DNA from: a virus
Virus record (IMG/VR): IMGVR_UViG_3300042888_002402
DNA length: 64,000 nucleotides
Strand: one strand, 5' to 3'
The translations under genes and the position numbers were made by a program. The notes beneath the pieces are model-generated. The model ran no database searches and had not been told where the DNA came from. It was given only the letters and a program-made list of their open reading frames with translations. This document shows, one piece after another, positions 28,027 to 37,554 of this stretch (position 1 is its first letter; each line of letters starts with the position of its first letter).

Positions 28027-28621
28027 TTTGAGAAAATAAATTATCTGTGGTAGAATTGTTGTCTACTGTAGCGTCAAACTCAGTTCCTATCCATGCAGTT
28101 TCACTGGCATGAATATTTTCTTTTTCTAACCAGCTGATAGCCGATGTGGATCCTTTATTTGCTTGTATAGCAATGTCATACCAGTGCGGTCTAATTCCTC
28201 GTTCTACACAAACTATAATACCGCCGGCATTTTTAATTGAGTTAACTTCGTTAGGAAAACGACAGTCACTGATAACAATATTGTCTTTACTATTTTGTAG
28301 TTTATGTTCTAAACTGGCAATCCAAATATCATCGTGAAATGCTTGTCGACAAACTTCTGTACCCCAGTATTGCAGGATCCAACGAGGAGTAAGATAAGGC
28401 ATATCAAGGCGTTTGGCCCACCATGAATCAACTTGTTCACGCCATTCTCGGGCTTGCGTAGTACGTCCTTCAAGCATGGTTCGGTCCCAGCCAAATACCT
28501 GGGCTACAGCATCTTTTAGACTGTTGGCAAAACTTTCTCTACAAAATTGATGTGCATCCACAAGGTAGTCAGCCACAGTATCTTTTCCACTTCCAATGAA
28601 TCCACACACGCCAATAATCAT
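27974..28621 (-). CDS. gp1: Deoxynucleoside monophosphate kinase
   Basis: GFIGSGKDT, SFA..LKD, TPR.ILQ.WGTE, ISDCRFPNE, HASE. Confidence 0.92.
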   Translation of the reverse strand: MIIGVCGFIGSGKDTVADYLVDAHQFCRESFANSLKDAVAQVFGWDRTMLEGRTTQAREWREQVDSWWAKRLDMPYLTPRWILQYWGTEVCRQAFHDDIWIASLEHKLQNSKDNIVISDCRFPNEVNSIKNAGGIIVCVERGIRPHWYDIAIQANKGSTSAISWLEKENIHASETAWIGTEFDATVDNNSTTDNLFSQINNLVQDHQVSKVDLLF

Positions 28622-28638
28622 ATCAATTCCTTTTAAAT

Positions 28639-29883
28639 TTAATTTTTAGTTTTATAATTAAAAACATTAATGCACTCTTGTTGAATCCAGTCTGGCAGAT
28701 TAACAAAATCATCTTCATTTAGGCAGTCTGGCCAACTGTCATCTTTTATTCTCTTATACCAATTGCACCATTGTGACTGGCTGGCACTATATGTCATTTC
28801 GTCTATTAATCTTATAACTTCTTCTATTTTACAATCTAAGGCATATTTGTCAATTAATTGTAGTAATCTATTAGAATTGTCTTGAGCCAATTCTAGCAGT
28901 CTTTGATAATTATACTCAACATCTTTTTCAATGTCATCTACATGATTATGCATATTGTCAATCCAATATTTGGTGTTGATCACAATTGCATCAAGCCTTT
29001 TTTCAGAAGACGCAATGTTATCGTAGTGCATTTTTGTGTAATTTTCAAATGTTTTAAATCCCATTTTTTTAAGTTTTTTTAATGTTCCTTTACTTGATGC
29101 CATTAAAAATGGGCGACGATTAATAATTGACAACCAAGTTTTTTCAGTTATCCACGGTGTAGATTTTTTAAAATTTGTTTCACTGATTACTTGAAACAAA
29201 CTGTTTTTATATAACTCAAGCTGATATGGAATGCCGCGGGGCACTGTCATACCAAATTTATGTAACATAGTTTCCATAGTTATACTATCTGGATTATTAC
29301 TATGGGTTAATAAAAATAAATTGTATTCATCATCCGAAAGCTCTTTTAAGAATTTTCGAGACCGTTGACGTGAATTATCATCGTTTACAAATAATGACCA
29401 AGTTGCATACGGCAACAAATTACGTTGTTTAAACTTATGAAGAAGACGAATTCTGTGTATTTTATATGGTTTTCCGGTCAAGAACAAAAATTTTTTATTA
29501 CTAGGATCCCAATTTAGTGCGACAGCAGATTCGTTATTAACTATTAATCTATAATAGGTCATTAATAAGAAAAAATCAACAAAAACTATTTCATCTACTA
29601 ATGATTTATCAATGATAGTTACTTGCTTTTGGTACCAAGAATTAATTATTAATAAAATTTTTGTTGTAGGATAATATTGTTTAATTAAATTAATTAATTT
29701 TATAAAATTTTCCTGCCAGGATTTTGTAGAGCTTGCTTCCCATAACTTAGTGAGCACCACACAATGATTAGGATATTTTATTAATGTGGCATGGACAGTA
29801 TTAAATAAATCTGTTACAGCCGTGAGATTTTTATCATATTGTAGCCTATCTATGTTACAAATAAAATGATTTTTAAAAATCAT
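28639..29883 (-). CDS. GT10-like putative glycosyltransferase with a C-terminal SWP..LP..IQQEC module
   Basis: FLFLTGKP...HR, SLFQVISET, WITEKTW, PFL, GFKTF; very AT-rich. Confidence 0.45.
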   Translation of the reverse strand: MIFKNHFICNIDRLQYDKNLTAVTDLFNTVHATLIKYPNHCVVLTKLWEASSTKSWQENFIKLINLIKQYYPTTKILLIINSWYQKQVTIIDKSLVDEIVFVDFFLLMTYYRLIVNNESAVALNWDPSNKKFLFLTGKPYKIHRIRLLHKFKQRNLLPYATWSLFVNDDNSRQRSRKFLKELSDDEYNLFLLTHSNNPDSITMETMLHKFGMTVPRGIPYQLELYKNSLFQVISETNFKKSTPWITEKTWLSIINRRPFLMASSKGTLKKLKKMGFKTFENYTKMHYDNIASSEKRLDAIVINTKYWIDNMHNHVDDIEKDVEYNYQRLLELAQDNSNRLLQLIDKYALDCKIEEVIRLIDEMTYSASQSQWCNWYKRIKDDSWPDCLNEDDFVNLPDWIQQECINVFNYKTKN

Positions 29884-30404
29884 ACTAATTCTTTTACTTT
29901 TAAATACTTAAGAGTGTCTTGTAAAAGATTAATTTGCCTTCTGCAATCTTCAAGAGCATGATGACTGGTTGCTGGTTTAGAAAGCCCGGGCCAGAGCCCA
30001 AACACAGTACGGCTATCTCGAACTGCATAAAATTGCCAAGGTACGGGTTTGCTATAACTCTTGTAAGCATGCTCTAAAATATTCATATCATATGTTGGCC
30101 CTTGCGCCCAAACACGCTTGCTTTGCCAGATTATTTTACCTAGCTCTTCCAGTGCTTGATCTAATGGAATACGATCATCTTCATTGAAGGCTTCTTCTCT
30201 AGCTGCAGTTGGTTGGGTAGCCCACCAATCTATTGTGCCTTGTTGTATGCTACGATTTTCTTGACTTTCGAGTGTGATACGAGCATAGTAATGCAAGTCA
30301 TAGTACCCTGTGCCCAAAGGATCAAAGCTTTGGGCTGCTATGGTAAGAATAGTAGTGTCAGGACCAGTTCCTAATCCTTCAATATCAATCATTAAATCTG
30401 CCAT
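29880..30404 (-). CDS. DEDDh 3'-5' exonuclease (DexA/RNase AS-like)
   Basis: LMIDIEGL, WAQGPTYD, VRDSRT, HHALED. Confidence 0.85.
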   Translation of the reverse strand: MADLMIDIEGLGTGPDTTILTIAAQSFDPLGTGYYDLHYYARITLESQENRSIQQGTIDWWATQPTAAREEAFNEDDRIPLDQALEELGKIIWQSKRVWAQGPTYDMNILEHAYKSYSKPVPWQFYAVRDSRTVFGLWPGLSKPATSHHALEDCRRQINLLQDTLKYLKVKELV

Positions 30405-30410
30405 ATGAGC

Positions 30411-30439
30411 AGTATAGCACAACCGCAATTAAAAGTCTA
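30411..30439 (-). promoter_or_regulatory. sigma70-type promoter giving a leaderless start for the exonuclease gene
   Basis: TAGACT-17-TATACT with an extended TG; ATG 6 nt downstream. Confidence 0.6.
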
Positions 30440-30446
30440 ATTAATT

Positions 30447-31217
30447 TTATCCAATAACCCAAGTCAATGGTTGAGAACCATCCACATAGTTTTTAAGATC
30501 ATTGATACAGAATTCCATAATGGCTTTGCCTTCGGCTTTCATGGCAGCTCCATTTAGAGTACTTCCTCCTTGTGGGCCTGCAATTGTACCAAATTTTTCA
30601 CGTGCTTCACCAATGATCATTTTACAATTACCTAACATAAAATCACGTAACCATTGTGATATTTGTGGATCACTTAACAAGTTAAATTCAGGTTTATAAT
30701 TGTATGTCCAAAGTAGTACTGATTCGCCGGTTCCTTTGGGATCGCGAATTAGTTGTAGTTTTTTGGTCACGGGATTAAAAGTATAATTCATGTAAGCACC
30801 AAACATGCGGCCTGCCAATTCTACATACTGACTGTAAAAATCGTAGGTAGCTAGGCCGCCGGCTACATTAAAATTCATTAAGTAAACATTTAAACTTGCT
30901 TGACTAAACGGATCAAAATTACTTGCAAACGGTCCAGTTGAATCGCCAAATGTTCTACGAAAAATCTGTCTAACAGTCTGCACTTCTTGTGGTAGATCAT
31001 AGATGTTGACATCTTTAACCAGTTCCATAAAACTGTAGCTTTCTTCGTAGGCATTTTGTGCTCGTTGGCGGTAATTACCTATTGTAGAACGATATGCAGT
31101 TTCGTAATGTTCAGCATCTAATTCAAGATCAATGATGCCATCGCCCAATTGGTGACGTACATAGGTAAAAAGATTTTGTTTTAATGTGTCTAGCGATGAT
31201 TCTGTTTGAATGCCCAT
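30447..31217 (-). CDS. gp13: Neck protein gp13-like
   Basis: LG.G.IDLELD..HY, FNP.TKKL, GEAR.KF..IAGPQGG..LNG, P..WVIG. Confidence 0.85.
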   Translation of the reverse strand: MGIQTESSLDTLKQNLFTYVRHQLGDGIIDLELDAEHYETAYRSTIGNYRQRAQNAYEESYSFMELVKDVNIYDLPQEVQTVRQIFRRTFGDSTGPFASNFDPFSQASLNVYLMNFNVAGGLATYDFYSQYVELAGRMFGAYMNYTFNPVTKKLQLIRDPKGTGESVLLWTYNYKPEFNLLSDPQISQWLRDFMLGNCKMIIGEAREKFGTIAGPQGGSTLNGAAMKAEGKAIMEFCINDLKNYVDGSQPLTWVIG

Positions 31218-31242
31218 TGGAACTCCAGTTTTTGTATTTATA

Positions 31243-32199
31243 TTAAAATACTGTGGTAGCTCCGCGTTTTTTACTTACTGCAAATAATTTGTTGTTTACA
31301 AACTTGGTTGGGCAAAATTTGCATTGCGGTATAACATCATCTATATGTGACAGAAAGTCTACACCGTTTTGATCAACTTCTTCTATGGTCAACGGCCTAT
31401 AACTGTTTAGTAATACTCTGTCTTCATCTGAAATATCCAACGCATGTTGTTGATCAAACTCAGGCATTAGCCCCACTGGCCCACACTTGTGCAATTTTCC
31501 ACGAATAAAGTGATAATTTTTGTACATGGCCATGCCACATACATCATGTGCTGCTTGAGGCAAGCTGTTGTGTAAGGTCAGTTTTCCTTGTGCATTTCTA
31601 TGTATATTTGCATTGTAAAAAGAATCGTACACCCAAACGTGAACATGCACTCCATTGCTGTCTTCAAACGCATAATCGGCCCCCCAAGTGGCAGATCCGC
31701 CAGAGCTGTTTAACGCATCTTTGCCAACCCATTTTTTCACTGGTCCTTGTAAGAACTTGTGTATCTCTTCAAAATATTTTTCTAATTCATTGGTATTGTG
31801 CACACTGACACCTATCCAATTGCCGCCTTGGTGTCTGTACTCGGCAATTGTATCATACAATCCAGCAACCTGGTTAAGCCTGGTTCCGTTTGTTAATAAC
31901 TGAACACGCTTGTTCCATAATCTGTTTAGCCCTCGAATCCAATCACAAACACTTGGATTCATCAACGGTTCGCCGCCCAACACAGTGATTTTTCGCAGGC
32001 GTATTTTTTTAGCCCATGCTTCATATATAGATTCATAATCTTTCCAAAGTTGATGCCCTGTAAAATTATGATTGTTATATCGGTTACAATCAGTGCAGGC
32101 AATGTTACATATGTTGGTTATGTAAACTTCAACATTGGGTACGTACAGTCGTGGATCCCAAGGTGTTTCATCGGGCCACTGTACTTTGGGATCAATCAT
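31243..32199 (-). CDS. Radical SAM protein
   Basis: ITNICNIACTDCNR, LGGEPLMNP, LTNG, C-terminal GKLHKC and CKFCP. Confidence 0.85.
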   Translation of the reverse strand: MIDPKVQWPDETPWDPRLYVPNVEVYITNICNIACTDCNRYNNHNFTGHQLWKDYESIYEAWAKKIRLRKITVLGGEPLMNPSVCDWIRGLNRLWNKRVQLLTNGTRLNQVAGLYDTIAEYRHQGGNWIGVSVHNTNELEKYFEEIHKFLQGPVKKWVGKDALNSSGGSATWGADYAFEDSNGVHVHVWVYDSFYNANIHRNAQGKLTLHNSLPQAAHDVCGMAMYKNYHFIRGKLHKCGPVGLMPEFDQQHALDISDEDRVLLNSYRPLTIEEVDQNGVDFLSHIDDVIPQCKFCPTKFVNNKLFAVSKKRGATTVF

Positions 32200-32206
32200 G
32201 CTATAT

Positions 32207-33346
32207 TTACCAGGCCTTGAGAATGATTAAATTCTCAGTGCCGCGACCATTGAATGCAATTTCGGTAGCCTTGATGTCTTTGTAAAATTTACGAGCTGCA
32301 GGTTTACCAGCGGCACCCATACCTTTCAACTGTTCAGCAGGTTTACGCAGAGTTTTTTGCATTGTTTCAGTGGTGCTAAATCCAATGATACTGTTATTTT
32401 TAATAGTGAATGTTTTGGAGTAGGCATCTGCCACCACATGAATTAACTTGCGTTTTTTAGTGTCGTAGAGCCAGGCCTCGGACTTTTCAATCAACTGACT
32501 GGGTGGTAAACTTTTGAGTTTGAGTTCAGCAAACTCGGACATGAACTTAAATTTGCTAGATTGTTTTTCAGGACTAACTGCTTTTTTTGCACGTGGTTTG
32601 CGTTCAACTTTTTTAATTTGAATATACGCACCACAGTCATTGATCACAGTTTCACAGAATTTAAGCACATTACGCAATTGAATTTTGGTAAGGTGTTTGT
32701 AGCCTTCAACCAACTGTGCATCCTTACCTTCAACTACTTGTTCAAATTCTACTTGGCGTTGTTTCCAAATATCACTGAGAGTACTGATCATTTGTGGTGC
32801 CACGTTTAGGCTACGCATTAGCACAATGGGTTTAAAATCTGCTGACATTTTGGCACCAGACACAATGAACTCGTCAAACATGCCTTCGAGCTCTCCTGCG
32901 CACTCGCTGACTTTTTCACGCAACCGATCTTGAATTGTTGTGCGTGGTGTATCGTCAATTGCTATTACTTCTTCTGCAACTTCTTGTTGTTTTGATTGCA
33001 CACATTCTTTTAACAAATTATCAAGTTTAATTTGTTCATGCTCAGTGAGCTCTAGCCCTACCATGCTCATGCGACACAACCAGCCTGTGGTCAGACGGAT
33101 GGCAGAATCCGGAACCCCTTTAAGCAATCGCACATCAGCTTTTCTTCCGTGCAATTCCAAATAATTGACAATCATATCACGGGCATCTTTTTTTCCGTAG
33201 AAGTAGTTGTACCAACTGAATGCTTTGCTCAAAGAACTAATACGATGTTCAACGGGTTGACTTTTCCACGTGGGTTCCATGCCCATGGCATTGGTATCTG
33301 CACTGCGTGGGTTTAGTGGTTTAATGGACTGTTTGGTAGCGTTCAT
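32207..33346 (-). CDS. Early-promoter-driven hypothetical protein
   Basis: Long ORF with an AAGGA SD and an upstream sigma70 promoter. Confidence 0.7.
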   Translation of the reverse strand: MNATKQSIKPLNPRSADTNAMGMEPTWKSQPVEHRISSLSKAFSWYNYFYGKKDARDMIVNYLELHGRKADVRLLKGVPDSAIRLTTGWLCRMSMVGLELTEHEQIKLDNLLKECVQSKQQEVAEEVIAIDDTPRTTIQDRLREKVSECAGELEGMFDEFIVSGAKMSADFKPIVLMRSLNVAPQMISTLSDIWKQRQVEFEQVVEGKDAQLVEGYKHLTKIQLRNVLKFCETVINDCGAYIQIKKVERKPRAKKAVSPEKQSSKFKFMSEFAELKLKSLPPSQLIEKSEAWLYDTKKRKLIHVVADAYSKTFTIKNNSIIGFSTTETMQKTLRKPAEQLKGMGAAGKPAARKFYKDIKATEIAFNGRGTENLIILKAW

Positions 33347-33372
33347 TTGTGTTCCTTGGCCGTTAAGTTTGT

Positions 33373-33401
33373 ATTGTAGCAAAAAGAGCATTTTTGGTCA
33401 A
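33373..33401 (-). promoter_or_regulatory. sigma70-type promoter
   Basis: TTGACC-17-TACAAT. Confidence 0.65.
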
Positions 33402-33652
33402 CCTGCCATTAAACAAGCAAATACAAGGTATTTTTCCAGGTGCTCAATTTGAGCCGTAGCATTTAGTATTAGTTTTTCATAGCGGGGTGTTGTTTTATGC
33501 ATACGGCGGCATTCCACACTTTCGCGGCTGATGTCTTCAAAAATTGCCAAAACATTGTTATGCATTTTTACCAAATCTCGCCTGGCAGTTTTATTTTTTA
33601 GATTGCCAATCCGAACTTTAGTTTCATAAAGTCTCTGTTCTAATTGCTCCAT
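33398..33652 (-). CDS. Small hypothetical protein (leaderless start)
   Basis: MEQLEQRLY start 7 nt after a perfect -10 box. Confidence 0.65.
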   Translation of the reverse strand: MEQLEQRLYETKVRIGNLKNKTARRDLVKMHNNVLAIFEDISRESVECRRMHKTTPRYEKLILNATAQIEHLEKYLVFACLMAG

Positions 33653-33659
33653 AATTGTA

Positions 33660-33703
33660 ATTATACTTGAAGATAACTTTGTTGTCAATCTGGTCCATAA
33701 ATA
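33660..33703. promoter_or_regulatory. Back-to-back promoters: consensus sigma70 (minus) and late TAAATA (plus)
   Basis: Minus: TTGACA (33683-88)-17-TATAAT (33660-65). Plus: TAAATA at 33698-33703. Confidence 0.8.
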
Positions 33704-33710
33704 CAATACT

Positions 33711-35078
33711 ATGCCACGCCTCTCACTTTACAGACCCAATCGAACCAACGATTACCAATTTTTTGACCGCACAATAAAAGAAATGTTTACTGTGGGAGGG
33801 CTTGACATTTATATACACAAATATCTAGGGCCTATTGTAGACAACAGTGCTAATCCTGGCAATAACGATGCAACGCTGCCAGTGTATACCAGCACCAATC
33901 CTTTGTTTATTGAAGATTTATTATTGTTAGAAAATAGAGATCGTGCATATGACCCAGATGTGTTTGTCATGCGTGGTGTTTATCGCACACAAGACATTGA
34001 TTTTGATTTGACACAATTTGGATTGTTTTTAAATAACGACACGTTGTTTATAACATTTCATTTCAACTACATGATTGATTGCATTGGCCGCAAACTCATG
34101 ACAGGTGATGTGATTGAAGTTCCAAACTTGAAAGATTACTATCCTTTAGATGCAACTATACCAAGAGCATTGCCTAGGTATTATGTCATACAAGATGGAA
34201 ACTATGCGTCAGAAGGGTTCAGTCAAACTTGGTTGCCACACTTGTGGCGTATCAAAGCTACTCCAATGGTCAATGCACAAGAATTTCAACAGATTGTTGA
34301 TCAACCATTTATGCCAGAAAATATCTGGGACGATGGTAATTTTTATCCTAGTGGTGACACTGTGAATTCTGGCAACGATTATTTTATAGCCAAACAAAAT
34401 GTTCCTCCTGGTACACCTATCACAGATACCAACTACTGGACTCCTATACCTAACCCAGCCACTGTGGGCGACAGGATGAGTACTCGACCAAAAGATCTTG
34501 AAATCAATGATGCGCTGTTGGTTCAAGCTGAGGTGGAGGTTCCAGCGAGTGGTTACGATACCACAATGTTTTATGTATTGCCAACATTTCCAGATGGGCA
34601 ACCAGCCAGTGCCGGCCTCAGTACAGACAACGATTCAGCACTGATTGGCAATCAACCAGGCGGAGGAGTAACTCCTAACAGTTTTGGCTATACCGACGGT
34701 TATTTAACTGGGGACGATCGAACGCCGAACGGACTGCCAGTGACCACTGGTGTTAGTTTTCCGCCTAACCCTGCAATTGGAACCTATGTGCTAAGGCTAG
34801 ATTACTACCCAAATAGACTGTTTAGATACAATGGCAAAGCCTGGGTAACAATCCAAAGCGGAGTGAGAACCAATCTCACATTGGGTCCCATGGATCCATT
34901 GGCACCTACGGATAAAAGTCAACGAGCCAGCTTTATAAACAATACATACACTGTGAACACAACAGATATGGGCAACATTCCAAGTCGTCAGAGTCTTAGT
35001 GAAGCACTGCGACCATTGGCAGACAATGGCGACCAAGGCGGCGATTTGCCGCCGAACCCAAGACCACCCGGAAGGTAA
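33711..35078 (+). CDS. gp14: Neck protein gp14-like, extended, with a CBM5/12-like insertion
   Basis: FDLTQFGLFL.ND.LFITFH, GDVIEVP, YYVI.D; precedes gp15. Confidence 0.7.
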   Translation: MPRLSLYRPNRTNDYQFFDRTIKEMFTVGGLDIYIHKYLGPIVDNSANPGNNDATLPVYTSTNPLFIEDLLLLENRDRAYDPDVFVMRGVYRTQDIDFDLTQFGLFLNNDTLFITFHFNYMIDCIGRKLMTGDVIEVPNLKDYYPLDATIPRALPRYYVIQDGNYASEGFSQTWLPHLWRIKATPMVNAQEFQQIVDQPFMPENIWDDGNFYPSGDTVNSGNDYFIAKQNVPPGTPITDTNYWTPIPNPATVGDRMSTRPKDLEINDALLVQAEVEVPASGYDTTMFYVLPTFPDGQPASAGLSTDNDSALIGNQPGGGVTPNSFGYTDGYLTGDDRTPNGLPVTTGVSFPPNPAIGTYVLRLDYYPNRLFRYNGKAWVTIQSGVRTNLTLGPMDPLAPTDKSQRASFINNTYTVNTTDMGNIPSRQSLSEALRPLADNGDQGGDLPPNPRPPGR

Positions 35079-35081
35079 TAA

Positions 35082-36476
35082 ATGGCAGTACAGTTCTTTT
35101 ATGACGAACAAATACGAAGATTTTTGTTGCAGTTCGCTAGGATATTTTCAAACTTCCAAGTTGAATATGGTCGCAATGAAATGGGCCAAAACGATACCTT
35201 GATTCGTGTGCCTGTTCGGTATGGTGATTCCAGTAGACAAGCACAAACTGTTATACAACAAAACTCAGCCAGTGAACTTAATAGCACTCCAATGATGACT
35301 TTTTACATAACAGATTTAAAGTATGATCGTGCCAGAATACAAGATCCAACATACATTGGTACCATTCAAGTGCGACAAAGAATCTACGACAGTGTCACTG
35401 ATACCTATGAACAAACACAGGGCAATGCATTTACCATTGATCGACTCATGCCTGTGCCGTTTGAGTGCACTATCAAATTGGATATATGGACTTCAAATAC
35501 CAACCAAAAAATGCAGTTGTTGGAACAAATTTTAGTGTTGTTTAATCCCAGTTTAGAAATACAAAGCACTGATAACTACATAGATTGGACCAGCTTGACT
35601 GTGTTGTATCTTGACGATGTCAATTGGTCAAGTCGAACTATACCAGTGGGTGCAGATAATCCTATAGATATCTGCACACTGACTTTTAAATTACCCATGT
35701 GGATCAGCAGCCCGGCCAAAGTTAAAAAATTGGGTGTGGTTGAGCGTATTATTATGAGTGTGTTTGATGCTGATGGCGATATCAATAATGCTGCGTTGGA
35801 TAATGATCTGTTGCTAGGTACTCGTCAACAAATTACACCATGGGCATATCAGGTATTGTTGATTGATAACAAACTACAAGCCTTGGCTCAAAATCAAGTG
35901 GTGGACCAACCTAATGCCAGTCTGACTCCGCCTGACAGTCCCCCAAGCAATCTATTATGGAACAATATTGTAAATCAATACGGCAAATTACGCCCGGGAA
36001 TTAGTTATGTGACCTTGGAGCAACCCAATGGTACCGATGTCATAGGTACTGTCACATACGATCCAACTGATGATAGATTTTTATTATTTGATGTCAATAC
36101 CGGAACCAAACCGGCAAATACTCTGGCGCCATTGACTGCGGTTATAAATCCATTGGCCAGTGGACCTGGTGCAGGGCTTGTAGCAGCTGCAGTCGGACAA
36201 CGCTATTTGTTCACTGACGACACCGGCAGTTGGGATGGCACAAGTCCTGTTGCCTGGCAAGGCTTGAACGGAGAACCATTGGTAGCGCATGCCAATGACA
36301 TTGTGGAATACGACGGTGAGCGTTGGACCGTGTCTTTTGACAGTACCAGTAGTCCCAACAACATTCAATATGTCACAAATATAACCACAGAAATACAGTA
36401 TCGCTGGACTGGTACTGCATGGGTTAAAAGCTATCAAGGACTATATCCAGGAGGCCAATGGAGTCTAGTGTTATAA
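35082..36476 (+). CDS. gp15: Tail sheath stabiliser/terminator gp15-like, with C-terminal extension
   Basis: FYDEQIRR...F.RIFSN, VPVRYG, MPVPF, QLLEQIL.LFNP, TLTF. Confidence 0.8.
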   Translation: MAVQFFYDEQIRRFLLQFARIFSNFQVEYGRNEMGQNDTLIRVPVRYGDSSRQAQTVIQQNSASELNSTPMMTFYITDLKYDRARIQDPTYIGTIQVRQRIYDSVTDTYEQTQGNAFTIDRLMPVPFECTIKLDIWTSNTNQKMQLLEQILVLFNPSLEIQSTDNYIDWTSLTVLYLDDVNWSSRTIPVGADNPIDICTLTFKLPMWISSPAKVKKLGVVERIIMSVFDADGDINNAALDNDLLLGTRQQITPWAYQVLLIDNKLQALAQNQVVDQPNASLTPPDSPPSNLLWNNIVNQYGKLRPGISYVTLEQPNGTDVIGTVTYDPTDDRFLLFDVNTGTKPANTLAPLTAVINPLASGPGAGLVAAAVGQRYLFTDDTGSWDGTSPVAWQGLNGEPLVAHANDIVEYDGERWTVSFDSTSSPNNIQYVTNITTEIQYRWTGTAWVKSYQGLYPGGQWSLVL

Positions 36477-36907
36477 ATCCAGTGGAAGCAGTTGGAGTAT
36501 GGTTTTACTCCGCCAGTACTCAACGCTACTTGTACCTGTTGCGAAATGACATCAAGAACCCAAACACCTGGGGTTTGCCAGGCGGCAAAGTAGAAGACAG
36601 TGAAACACTTGTAGACTGTATTGTTCGAGAATGCAGTGAAGAATTAGGATCAATGCCCAATTATTTGCGATTGGTTCCATTGGAAAAATTTACAACTGTT
36701 GATGGAAAATTTGTTTACAACACATTTTTTTGTAGTGTTAAAAATGAATTTCATCCAATACTCAATGACGAACATGTGGGATGGGCCTGGATTGCTTCAG
36801 GCAACTGGCCTCGCCCAATGCATCCTGGGCTGTGGTCAACTGTAAATCTTGATTCAGTGCGTGATAAAATATCAACCATTGAACATCAAGTTCAAATATC
36901 GCAATAG
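36458..36907 (+). CDS. NUDIX hydrolase
   Basis: Nudix box GGKVEDSETLVDCIVRECSEELG. Confidence 0.9.
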   Translation: MESSVINPVEAVGVWFYSASTQRYLYLLRNDIKNPNTWGLPGGKVEDSETLVDCIVRECSEELGSMPNYLRLVPLEKFTTVDGKFVYNTFFCSVKNEFHPILNDEHVGWAWIASGNWPRPMHPGLWSTVNLDSVRDKISTIEHQVQISQ

Positions 36908-37554
36908 CCTATAAACTCTCTGTAGGTAAAATTATTTGCATTGGGTGCTTCCATCCATACATCTGGCATGTTGGTTTTTTCACCTATTAGATAAAATTTT
37001 ACGCCGGCATAAGCATCCATAACTTGCCTGATTTGGTTAAACCAGGTTGGTTGATCAACCGGAGTTTCGCGGTTGTATCCAAGTAAAAATATCTCTTGGT
37101 GTCCATCAAACGCAGCCAAATACAATAACAATGCTATGTCAAGTAATCTTGGTGCGTGAGGAATTAAATAAAATTCACCCGGATGCGTTATGCAATTCCG
37201 TGGTGTGGTGTAAACAATGTTGTTTTCTTGATATTTGGTAGGTAATATTTGAGACAATTTAGTTTTGTCTGACTCCACTGCAAAATCCAATCGCATGTCT
37301 TGTGTGATATTGCCAACTCCGTAGGTTTGTACTTTTTTTGATCCTAATAGGCCTCCACGATGGCGTTGTAATCGTGTGTAGTCAAATTGGGTTTGGTCAA
37401 AGTTGCTGCCAATGCAAACGGCACGTCCGGATATGTGCTGATTTTGAATAGGATTTTCAATCCACTCTCGTCGTTCAATTTTTTTGCCTTTGGCCCAGCG
37501 AGTTTCAAGTATAACAAATTCGCCAGCGTAATCTTGACGATATCTTGCTTCCAT
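36892..37554 (-). CDS. Divergent CstII/MAF(DUF115)-fold putative glycosyltransferase
   Basis: AVCIGS, LYLAAFDGHQEIFLLGYN; paralog of 52387..52974. Confidence 0.45.
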   Translation of the reverse strand: MEARYRQDYAGEFVILETRWAKGKKIERREWIENPIQNQHISGRAVCIGSNFDQTQFDYTRLQRHRGGLLGSKKVQTYGVGNITQDMRLDFAVESDKTKLSQILPTKYQENNIVYTTPRNCITHPGEFYLIPHAPRLLDIALLLYLAAFDGHQEIFLLGYNRETPVDQPTWFNQIRQVMDAYAGVKFYLIGEKTNMPDVWMEAPNANNFTYREFIGYCDI

